From Diplonema japonicum (taxonomy: Eukaryota; Protista; Euglenozoa: Diplonemea): DNA of 64,000 nt. The notes below the pieces were generated by a model that did not search any database, was not told the origin of the DNA, and was given only the letters and a program-made list of their open reading frames with translations. Of this stretch, positions 23,628 to 33,484 are shown one piece after another. How positions within the stretch are numbered: the first letter of the stretch is position 1; each line of letters begins with the position of its first letter. A program made the position numbers and the translations under genes. Location: contig OZ025748.1 of the NCBI GenBank assembly GCA_964019335.1, positions 248,001 to 312,000 on the forward strand. Direction: 5' to 3'.

Positions 23628-23728
23628 AAAAAAAAAAAATGAGGGAAAAAAAAGAAAAAAAAAAGAGGGGGGAAAAAAAAAGTGTGTTATTTGCAGGGAA
23701 GGGGGGGAATTTCTTTTTATTTTCCCCC

Positions 23729-23763
<35 letters not shown>

Positions 23764-23892
23764 CTTCTTCTTTTTCTTTCCTCCGGCTTCTCTTGCCTTT
23801 TTTTTTCCCCCATTTTTTTCCCCTTCTTTTTTATAGAAGTGTCAAAAAAAAAAAAAAAAGAGAGAGAAAGAACAACAAAAAAAAAAAAAAAA

Positions 23893-24816
23893 ATGAACAC
23901 CACGATGATGGACCCTGTTACATTCCAGCAGCAGATGGTGCAGCTTCAGGCAGCGGGGCTCCCACCCCAGACGATGCCTCTACAGCAGGGAGTGTGGGTG
24001 TGCCTGCCGCAGCAGGATGCGGTGGGGATGCAGAGGCTGATGATGACTCAGCACGGCCAACTCATTTCACCCATGATGACACAGGCGCAAGCACAGGCCG
24101 CTCAAGCACAGGATGTTGCTGCAAGGCTGAATGCTGGAATCTTCGCGGTGAACGAGTCCATCGGGGGCACGCAGCCTACAGGAGGCCAGCAACAGGTAGC
24201 AACACGAGCACCAGCAAGCGCACACCCCGCACCTGTGTCTATTCCTGTTTCTTCGTCTCCAGTTCGTGCTGGAAGCCCGGAACTTGTTTCAAAACCTGCT
24301 GGCAGGCCTGCAAGGGCATCTGTAAGGATTGAAGTCCCCCCCGCGTCGCCAAAAGCGGGAAGTGGGCTCCCCCCATTGGATGATTCTTCTGAAGAAGAAT
24401 CCCCCCAGGCAGGGAAGTCGAAGAAGAAGTCCCGAAAAAGCAGAAGGCGCAAGTTGGACACTGCCAGGTTCAAGACTGTCATGTGCAGGAACTTTTTGAA
24501 ATCGGGCTGTGCGTTTGGTAATGAGTGTGCCTTTGCGCACAGCAACGATGAGATTCGTGATGATGAGAGTAGTGCGTCTCCGGCCCCGTCCCCTGCCTCC
24601 ACTCCGACTGCCGTGTGTGGCAGGGCGGCCTCGGAAGGCTTCACCGGCAACTCATCACCGCTCGCCAAGAAGAACCTCAAGAAGACCCCCCCCAACAGAA
24701 AGGCCTCCATCATAGAGGACCCCAGTATGGTTCGCTCACACCGAGGCGCGCTTGACTGGCGGAGGGCTTCGGCGGCTCCTTTAATCGACCAGAAAAATGT
24801 TTGTTTTGGGGGAGGG

Positions 24817-24847
<31 letters not shown>

Positions 24848-24915
24848 AGGCGCAAGTTTTAGCATTAGCCGCAAATCTGCGTCGTGCATCGGCACCTGCT
24901 GCTCTTCATGTATGA
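23893..24915 (+). CDS. CCCH zinc-finger RNA-binding protein, 2 exons (23893-24798, 24850-24915)
   Basis: RFKTVMCRNFLKSGCAFGNECAFAH (C-x7-C-x5-C-x3-H); Gln-rich N-terminus; an in-frame 51-nt GT..CAG intron explains the poly-Lys. Confidence 0.88.
24799..24849 (+). other. 51-nt poly(A)-bodied intron
   Basis: GTTTGT...GGG-(A)30-CAG; in frame and stop-free. Confidence 0.7.
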
Positions 24916-25547
24916 AAGTCGTGCAAAATAAGTATTTTGAAAAAAAAAAATTAAAAACAGCGACAAATGTTGCTTGAACTGGAAGACGAGGAAGAAGAAG
25001 AATGAGGGGAAAAAAAAGTATTTTTTTAAACTATAAACAAAGAAGAAGAGGGGGGGGAAAAAAAAAGCGGGGGGAAACACGCCCTCTTCTTTTTTTTTTT
25101 TCTTTTTTCCCTTCGACCCATTTTTATTTTTCCAGGCGGTTAACAATCTGATTTTTTTCTTTTGACCCCCCCCCCCGCTTTCCTGTGTGCTCCCCCCTTT
25201 CCTTTCCCTTCCCCTTCTTTGTCTTCTCTTTATTTTTTCTCACCAATCTCTATGGCAGCACCCCCTACTTTTCTTTTTTTGTTACAGTTACTACTGCTAC
25301 AAGCGTGTGAGATGGAGGGGGGGGTGGGGGTGATGAGTTCAGGAAAACAAATCTTGGAACAGGGAGAGGGGGGTGCCTCAACACCAAATTCAGTCAGGTG
25401 TAAATGGCCCCCAGTATAGTAGAAAAAGAAGAAGAAAAAAAAAAGGAAAAAATAAAGGGGGAGATAGCTCACTATTCTGTCAATCCCCCCCCCCCCCCCC
25501 CCCCGGCTTACTGATGCTTTGTTGTCCACCTTAAAAAAGAATTGAAA

Positions 25548-26182
25548 CATAGCCTGCACGTTATAACGCAAGCATAACGTTATCAAATTGATATTTTAAA
25601 ATACCCGGTATCAAATACCATAACGCAAAAAAAAAAGGGGCCCATAATCTTGTTACGTACCCGTTATTTTAACGATATCGAATTAAAATAACGTTATTTA
25701 ATTCGGGCAAATATTAAAAATAAGGTTATTTTATTCCGCATTCGTTAGCTTTCTCTGGAATATCCGCACCAGCACTAAAGAGAGTCCTTGTCTCCAGACG
25801 TTCCTGCCACCACGGACTACTCGTGTTGTAAGAACAGGCTTTTACCCTCTGCTTACGATGCAGCGAACAAAGCGCTGTTCCTCATGCATCTCATGCATCG
25901 TCTGGAGTCCCACTGACTCGGGAACCTCTTCTAAGTACTTACTGGGGGTAGCCATGCCTTCCAAACACCCACAAGTACCTCTCTAGCTCTCAGCTCTTAG
26001 CTTCTTATCCCTCCCTGTTGCATTGAAACAGCGTCTTCTCATTCTCCAAATTTTCACCGATTAAAACGGATGTTAAGTTACTCGTATAGAGGACCTCGGC
26101 GTGCCCAGGCCAATTTTGCACTATTTAAATACCCGAACCGATTAAAATACCCAATTGGTATCGGTATAACGTGCAGGCTATG
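25548..26182. mobile_element. MITE / internally deleted DNA transposon, 635 bp
   Basis: Perfect 18-bp TIRs CATAGCCTGCACGTTATA (25548-25565 and reverse complement 26165-26182); 6-bp duplication TTGAAA (25542-25547, 26183-26188); subterminal ATAACG/CGTTAT and AAATACC repeats. Confidence 0.88.
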
Positions 26183-29100
26183 TTGAAAGAAAAAAAAAAA
26201 AAAAAAAGGTGGTTTTTTTTTTTTTTTTTTTTTCTTCTTTCATTTAGTCTTTTTTTCCCTGCCCCCCCCCCCCCCATTTTTCTTTTCACTCTCTTAAAAA
26301 GTAAAGCCTACATTTTTTTTTTTCGGGAAAAAACAGTGAGAGAAAAAAAAAGAAATTAAAAAAAAAAAGTTATCTAAAAAAAAAAAAAAAAAAAAAAAAA
26401 ACCCAACAGTGACACCATTGCGCAAGTATTATCATCTTGCTCCGGGTGGGGGAGGAGGGGGGGGGGGGGGGGGGGGGGGCTTTCCTAAAGACTTAAGCTC
26501 TCGCTACAGGTTTAACATTCCCCCCTTTTTTTGATTATCCCCCCCCCTCCACTTCTGTGTTTCTTCTTTTCATTTCGTGTTCTTCGGGTCTAAGATTCTC
26601 CAGGTGCAGTTGCCAGCCACCCGGGCTGGTTCTCTTCCCCCCCTTTTTTTCTTACTCGGTGGGTGCCACGATTGATACGGAACGAGACCCCTTTGTGCAG
26701 TAGACCTTCCCCTTCTGCTTTCTGCAGTATTTCTTTTTTTTTTTTTTTTTTTAAATATGTGTTGCAGAAACATTAAAGAGAGTAAAAATTGTAAAAGCTG
26801 CGAAGAGGTTAGTTCCCCCCCCCCCCCCCCCCCCCTCTACACTCTGTTTATTTTATTTTATTTTCCCGGCATAAATTTAAAAAAAAAAAAAGAAAACAGA
26901 ACGAATGAAAAAGAAAAAAATTCAACTTACTACATCGGCCCCTCTTCCCCTTCCTTTTTTTTTTAAAGCTTTTTTTTTTTCTTTTTTTTTTTTTTAGCTT
27001 GCCTTCTCCACTTGCGACAAGACTCCCCCTCCCCCCCCCTTTTTTTTCTTGATCAATTTTCTTTTTCTTTAGAAAGAGAAATATGCTCTCTTTCCTGGGG
27101 GTTTTTTTCTTTTCTTTTTTTCCCCTTTATTTGGTGGGTCGTAACTAATGCTTCTCGTTCCCACATATTCCATCATTGTGAATTTTTTTTTTTCCACTAC
27201 TCTCTTTTCTGTTTTTAAGAGTTGGTAGTTATATTATGTCTCTCCCTCCCCCACCCCATTCTTCTAAGAAAATATGAAACAAGAAACGAAAAGGAAAAAA
27301 AAAAAGAAAAAAAAAAGATTAAAGATCCCTTGAGCAAAAGAGAATCTTTCTTAAACAATTTCCTTTTTTTTTTTGGAGAACAATTTAACAAAAGAGAAAA
27401 AAGGAGGAGGAGAAGGAAGTGGTGGGGGGGGAAGGTGGGTCACCGTCTGCGCAACCCCCCTTCATTTTCTGTCACTTGGACTTTGCCTTCATTTAATGCG
27501 AGCCATTCTCATCCTTCCTTTTTTATTATTATTTTTTTTTTCTCCTCTTTAAAAGAAATACAAACACAAACTTTTTTAAAAAGAAAACACGAAAAGTAAC
27601 GAGGGTACGGTGCTCCTTGGCCCTGCTCTTTCTCCCCCCCCCTTTTTTTTAAGCCCTTTCAAGAAGACTCTTCAAGATGGCACAAAATGTTAAGTGCTGT
27701 GGAGCAGGGAGCCGCTTTTTATGGAAGCATAAAAAAAAAAAGGAAGGAAAAAAGGAGGAAAAAAAAGGAATAAAAAAGAGAATATGTAAACACTGGGGAA
27801 GGGGGGGTGGGGGAGGCAAAGGTGGGGAAGAAAAAAAAAAACTTTTTCTCTTTATCCCTCGCATTTTTCTCCCCTCCTCCTTTTCTCTTCTTTTTTTTTT
27901 TTTTAAATTTCTTTACTGAATATTCTATTGTTCCTTTTTTTTTTGATCGCCTTCTTAGAAAACTCCTTTTGCCCTATTTACCCCTCCCTGCTATCGGGGG
28001 GGGGGGGGGGGGGGGAGGAGGGGTGCTCTTTTAGTCTGTTGAACGTGCAGGGGCTATGTTTTCCCCACCCCCCTTTTTCTTTCTCTTCCTCCTCCCATAT
28101 CGCACGAATAAGCGATTTAAATTTAAAAAAAAAAAGATTTTTAAAATTGCCCTGTTTTTTTTTTTTTGTTTTTTTTTTTTGTGTATTGACAAAAGTATAT
28201 TGTCAGTACTAAAGGCTATTCGTTGGCAGCGCAGAATTGATTTTTATACCATTTTTTTTTTTTTTTTTTTTTTTGGAATGAACTCACTTCGTTCCGCAGC
28301 TATAAGATTTCTAATGCGCGCAAACAAACAAAAAAAAACACTTGAATAGTCACCGCGCTCCCTGAGATAAATATTCTGCTAAAATTCGGTGGGGTATTTC
28401 CCCCTCTTTTTCCCCCTCTTTTCTTTAAGGGTTATCAGATTTTTTTTTTTTTTTTTGTAGTCAACAAGGAAGGGAAAGGATGCGGAGATAAAAAATAGGT
28501 TATTTTTTTAAAGATTTTTTTTTTTTCTTAGCTTTCAAAAAAAAAAGGGGGAGGACAGTGAAGAAACAGCCGGAAAAAAAAAAAGAAAGAAAATGAAAGA
28601 AAAAGAAGAAAAAACAAAACAAAAAATAAAACAGTGTGTACACAAAAAAACCCAAGGACAGTCCTTCAGGGACACAGCAGTGGGGAAAGAAGAAAAAAAA
28701 AAGGCAAGGAATTCAATTGTTGCTAAATCTCTCTTGGTGGTGAGGGGGGGTTTTTTTTTTAAAAAAAAAAAAAGGGAGAGGAGGGAAAAAAAAAGAAGGA
28801 AATATTTTTTATACTCTATTTTTCCCTCCTCCTCCCCTCCCCCATTCTATATTTTTTAATTAATTCCTGCCTATAAATGTCCTTTTCCGGGTTTTAATCC
28901 ACACACAAACAAAGGCTGGAGTAAGACTTTTAACCCCCCCTGCTTTCACTTTACTTCAATCATAACTGGCGGCGAAAGGGGGAAAAAAAAGTGTTTTTTT
29001 TTGTTGTTCTCTCTTTTTTTTTCTTCTCTTTCACCCCCCCCCCCCCCCCCCAACTCACGCTTTCTCCCCTCTCCCTTACTTTCCTTTTTCTTGTTAAAAG

Positions 29101-30246
29101 GAAGGCCGTGATCTAGTTTTGCTTTTCGAAGAAGTGCCTCACCCATTCTCCCTCTCCCCCAACTTTAACATGGAGTTCCCAAATTGAATACACATGCAGG
29201 CTATGAAGCAAAAAAAAGGGGGGGGGGTAGACCAACGTATTGAAAGCATTCCACAAGAGGGGCAAAAGAGAGAAGAAAAAAAAAAAGAAGAAGAAGAAGA
29301 AAAAGGGGGGTTTTCTCCCCCACTTATTTTCCCTTTTCCCTCCCCATTATTTTTTTTAACCCCCCAATTTTTATCCCCACTGTAGCAAAGGAAACAGCAA
29401 AGGAACAAGGGAACTAGAGAGGAAGGAAAGAAGGAGCACGGGAAAAAAAAAAAAAAAAAAAAAAAAAAAGGTAAGAAAAAGATGGAAAGGCTGTCCAAAG
29501 TTCTTCCTTCCTTTTTTTTCTTTTTTTTTCTCACTTCGATGAAATGGTATGATGATACCCTTCTTTTTTTTTATTTATTTATTTATTTTTTTTTCTTCTT
29601 CTTTTATTTTTTTTTTATTGCTCCTTTTAACAAAAGATTTAATGAAGCAAACAAAGCAAAATGAAAAAAGAAATATAGATCCTTGCTGCCTTTCCCTCCC
29701 CACCCCCTTTCTTTTTATATATTTCTTTGAGAATGATTCTGTATCTGGAGGAGAAAAAAGAAAAAGAAAAGAAAAAAGAAGAAAATATAAAAAAAGAAAA
29801 GAAGAGAAAAAAAAAAAGAAAAAAAACAAGAAACACCAACGAGACACGTTCAATACTTAGATTATTTATGTTCTTTCTTCTTTCCTGACGCCCATTTCAA
29901 AAAAAAAAGAAACTATTGGCACAAAAAGATTTAACCTTGGAAATCTCGACTCTTTAAGGGAAAGAGAGTATTGAATTTTGATGGCAAATGAAGTGAAGTC
30001 TTTTCTGCTATGTCACACATAGTGGTTAAAGACACAATTGTAAATGCATTTCTCTCCTTTTTTTTTTTTTTTTTTTTAAAGATTAAGTGTCTCAAGGGGG
30101 GGGGGGGGGGGGGGGGACAGGAAAAATTTTAAAAAAGAAAAAAAAAAGAAAACCTCCCCCCCTCCCCCCCCATCCCGTCTTGTCACATTTTTTTTTCTCT
30201 TTTTTTTCCCCCACCTCCTCCCCCCCTTCCCCGTCCCCCCGACGCG

Positions 30247-30284
30247 ACACACACACACACGCACACACACACACACACACACAC
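30247..30284. repeat. (AC)n microsatellite
   Basis: Visible dinucleotide run with one interruption. Confidence 0.9.
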
Positions 30285-30374
30285 GCCGTTTTTTTTTTCT
30301 TTTTTCTCCCCCCCTTTTTTTCCCCCCTCCCCATTTCTCCAGCTTCTCACTAACGTTATCACGTATCCTACAGA

Positions 30375-33158
30375 ATGCATGACTTTCTTACGCTTCGGGA
30401 ATGCTTGGCAGCTCTAGAAGAGGAAGACAATCTTTACGAAGCTGAAAAACTAAGAAAACACGATCACTGGCGCCAGGCACTAGAGGTAAGACGAAGGCTA
30501 CGACGACTGGACAACACCAAGGTACGAGAAAGACTGGACAAAATATGGGCTGAAATGGAAGAGGTGGAACTGGCGGGGATACAAGCCGAGCAAGCCTTCG
30601 GGTACTGGGAAAGACTGACACACATCGGACTCGATTGGCTAATTAGGGATGCAGCGTCTCGTCTATGCACTCAAATCCCCGAGAACAAATGGCACACTCC
30701 AATATCGTTCGGACTGACAATTTTATGCCTACATGATTCAAAAGGGACCTCTATAACATACTCTGACTGGTGCAAGGGCATCCGGGTCTGTGGAAACCTT
30801 GAACTCTCCGCTCCGCACCCTCTTGATTCTTGCGACGAGAGGTCGCCTTTCTGCGGACACACAACCACCTCCACAGTAACCGGGGACTGCGTCAACCTCA
30901 CGGTAGGTTCAAGCGAACTATCAATAAAAAACAGCACCCTCTTCTCGAATCTTGACGTATCTCGACATCCTATTCCACAATATCACAAAATACCAGTAGG
31001 AGACGAGGGGTTGTTTTTGTACTGTGTGTTGCAAGTCGATGTTAAGTGGTGGCGGGGGTGGAGGAAACACTGTAAAACAACCTCGTTGCAGCCACGTGAG
31101 CAACATGAAAATGCCTTGATGTGGCACGCAGAGGTCACAACCCATCAAACCTCCGAGCTCACCCTCATGCACCTCCATGATTACAATGCCATCGATGTTA
31201 TGCACAACGCACCGATACGACCTTATTTACCAGGGGTCCTGAGAGTTTCCGGGGCTGCGAAAACTCCCAATGTGTCGGAGCAAACTAATCTAAGAACTCT
31301 CCGTCCTGCAGTTGCTATGTCGACAAAAACTAGTATGGCGTATATTTCAGGCGGGCTCCTACCTGGTTCGGAAGGAAACCCTAGCAATACCGTGACTGAG
31401 GTGGATCTTGGGAACTACACCACCCGACAGGTTGCCAACATGCCCTTCCCCCTCGAGTCGCACACAATGGTATCATACAATGGAAGGGTTTACGTGTATG
31501 GCGGTTATGGAAAGCTTTCTTGCGAACCAACCGCGAATCTTCTCGAAGCTGGTCCTTGCGATAAGGATCCACCGTATATTATACCGGAAGATCCTTCCGA
31601 GCAGCCTGATGAGGGGTCCTCCGGTGAGGGGCATTCATTTGGAAGCAGGGCCTCGTCGATTATGTTACCGCGGTCTCGGCGGAGAAGTATGTCAGGTAGA
31701 CGGCGATCCAGCATGATAGGGAGAAGGGTCCTCGACTCGTACTCCAAGCTGTCCAGACGTCTGTCAAGAAGAAAGAAGAGCTTCTCGCGGTACTCACGTG
31801 CGTCGTCATCCGCTACTTTGGAGACCGTATCGGATGTCAAATCGACAACAAAACCGCCCGCTAAGTACGGGCTGTACTGCAGTGTGTCGGAATGGATGGC
31901 GGAGAAATGGGTCACCCTTCCGACCACACGTGACAAGGTGTCTGGCATCCCAGTACATCGAAGTGGTCACACCGCCACCATGCGAGGCCATTACATGCTC
32001 GTCCTCGGCGGTTGGGGGATGCTCCCTGACAAGCTTGTCATGAAGCGCACAAACACCATGTTGTCCCTGTCATTGAAGTCCGGTAGATGGCGTCGGGTTG
32101 CTTACGACGAAGACGTTGAATCCCCTCATCCAAGGTCGGACCACACTGCTGTCATGTATGGTGAGGTGATGTACGTGTACGGAGGGGTGGGGTGCGCGCA
32201 CACACAAAACAGCGAGTCTGAAACCACCGATGATGACACTCCATGGGGCAACATGGTGAAGAGTCACCACGACATGGGCACCTGCTCGTCCACTCTCGAC
32301 GAGTTCTGGCTCTTCGATCCAATGGGCTTCTGGAGCAGGCTTACAAGCAGAACCGCAACACACCCCCCTCCACTCTCATCACACAGTGCTTGTGTCTACC
32401 GAGACTCTATGATACTTGTTGGCGGGCCTGGAATGCCGCACATGTACCAATGGTCCTTCCCAACAGACACATGGAGGTCCATACACGTTCCTAAGGTGAT
32501 CCCTTCGTCGGTGTTGGAACGCTGTGGGCATGTAATGTTGCCTGTCGGGCAGGACACTGGGGTTCTATTGATAGGCGGGGTTGGGGTGGGCAACGGGAAG
32601 GTGCCGTCCGGGATGTCTACGAGCTCTTTCGAGTTCAAACCGCATGAGACGGAAAGCTTGCGGCCTGAAGACATGTTGCCAGCGGCATTGCTTCTTTTAA
32701 AAGAAGGTGCCCCTCTCGATTTCGACTGGAAGGTGTTAAATGAGATGTACCCTGTAGGGCTGTGTTGGAAGGAGAACGGGATGAACAGTTCTCCCAAACA
32801 GCCGGTGCTATCATTGGAGAAACCATCACCGCCGAAGGCGGTGGCTATCATGGACACACAGGTGCAGAGCAAGGTGCAAATCAAACAAAACCAGGTTCAA
32901 AACTTAACCCGCCCGAGTCACAGGAGCGAGGGTCAGCTGCCTCGAACTTCAAGCAAATTGCACCCAGGAAAGTACCGTGCGCGGTCGCAGGCACAGTCGG
33001 TGTTTGATCGGCTCACCGTAGACCAGTACACTTATAATCCTGTGGAGAAAATAAGCAGTCCGAGAAGAAAAAGTCGGGGCAATAAATACGAGGCTTCTTC
33101 AATGTTGCGCAGAAAATTGCTGGAGCGGTTGAATACCTATTCAGGGGGTGTCGACTAG
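30375..33158 (+). CDS. Kelch-repeat beta-propeller protein
   Basis: Six Kelch-like blades: MAYISGG, SHTMV..VYVYGG, RSGHTAT..LVLGG, RSDHTAV..MYVYGG, SSHSAC..ILVGG, RCGHVM..LLIGG; Arg/Ser-rich insert between blades 2 and 3. Confidence 0.88.
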   Translation: MHDFLTLRECLAALEEEDNLYEAEKLRKHDHWRQALEVRRRLRRLDNTKVRERLDKIWAEMEEVELAGIQAEQAFGYWERLTHIGLDWLIRDAASRLCTQIPENKWHTPISFGLTILCLHDSKGTSITYSDWCKGIRVCGNLELSAPHPLDSCDERSPFCGHTTTSTVTGDCVNLTVGSSELSIKNSTLFSNLDVSRHPIPQYHKIPVGDEGLFLYCVLQVDVKWWRGWRKHCKTTSLQPREQHENALMWHAEVTTHQTSELTLMHLHDYNAIDVMHNAPIRPYLPGVLRVSGAAKTPNVSEQTNLRTLRPAVAMSTKTSMAYISGGLLPGSEGNPSNTVTEVDLGNYTTRQVANMPFPLESHTMVSYNGRVYVYGGYGKLSCEPTANLLEAGPCDKDPPYIIPEDPSEQPDEGSSGEGHSFGSRASSIMLPRSRRRSMSGRRRSSMIGRRVLDSYSKLSRRLSRRKKSFSRYSRASSSATLETVSDVKSTTKPPAKYGLYCSVSEWMAEKWVTLPTTRDKVSGIPVHRSGHTATMRGHYMLVLGGWGMLPDKLVMKRTNTMLSLSLKSGRWRRVAYDEDVESPHPRSDHTAVMYGEVMYVYGGVGCAHTQNSESETTDDDTPWGNMVKSHHDMGTCSSTLDEFWLFDPMGFWSRLTSRTATHPPPLSSHSACVYRDSMILVGGPGMPHMYQWSFPTDTWRSIHVPKVIPSSVLERCGHVMLPVGQDTGVLLIGGVGVGNGKVPSGMSTSSFEFKPHETESLRPEDMLPAALLLLKEGAPLDFDWKVLNEMYPVGLCWKENGMNSSPKQPVLSLEKPSPPKAVAIMDTQVQSKVQIKQNQVQNLTRPSHRSEGQLPRTSSKLHPGKYRARSQAQSVFDRLTVDQYTYNPVEKISSPRRKSRGNKYEASSMLRRKLLERLNTYSGGVD

Positions 33159-33484
33159 GCTTTTTTTTAAAAAAAAAATCTTCATTTACACAATTTTTCC
33201 CCCCCCCCAGTAAATCTTTTTTCTCGTTAAAAAAAAAAAACTACAACACTTGTTATTGTTGCAGCGTTATGCGTTACAAAAAAAATATAAATTTCCCCCT
33301 TCTTTTTTTTTTTCAGTATTTGTTTTTTTTTAAGCCCCCCCCAAGTCACATCAATGATTGAATGATACTTGTCATCAATCATTCAAGTAATGAATAAGAA
33401 AACAAAAAAGGGGGAAGGGAGTGAAGAAGAGGTGGGCCGCTAACCCAACGAGCCTTCTGGCCGTAAAGTAGGGGCCGGTACCAC

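Noticed and set aside
29195-29206. TGCAGGCTATG matching the end of the MITE TIR
   Set aside because: Only 11 bp, with no partner TIR or subterminal repeats.
1943-30380. Many poly-Lys/Phe/Pro/Gly ORFs in the ORF track
   Set aside because: They are translations of intergenic homopolymers, which rarely contain stop codons.
33353-33386. Imperfect AT-rich hairpin upstream of the pseudo-kinesin gene
   Set aside because: Short and low-complexity; no C/D or H/ACA box arrangement.
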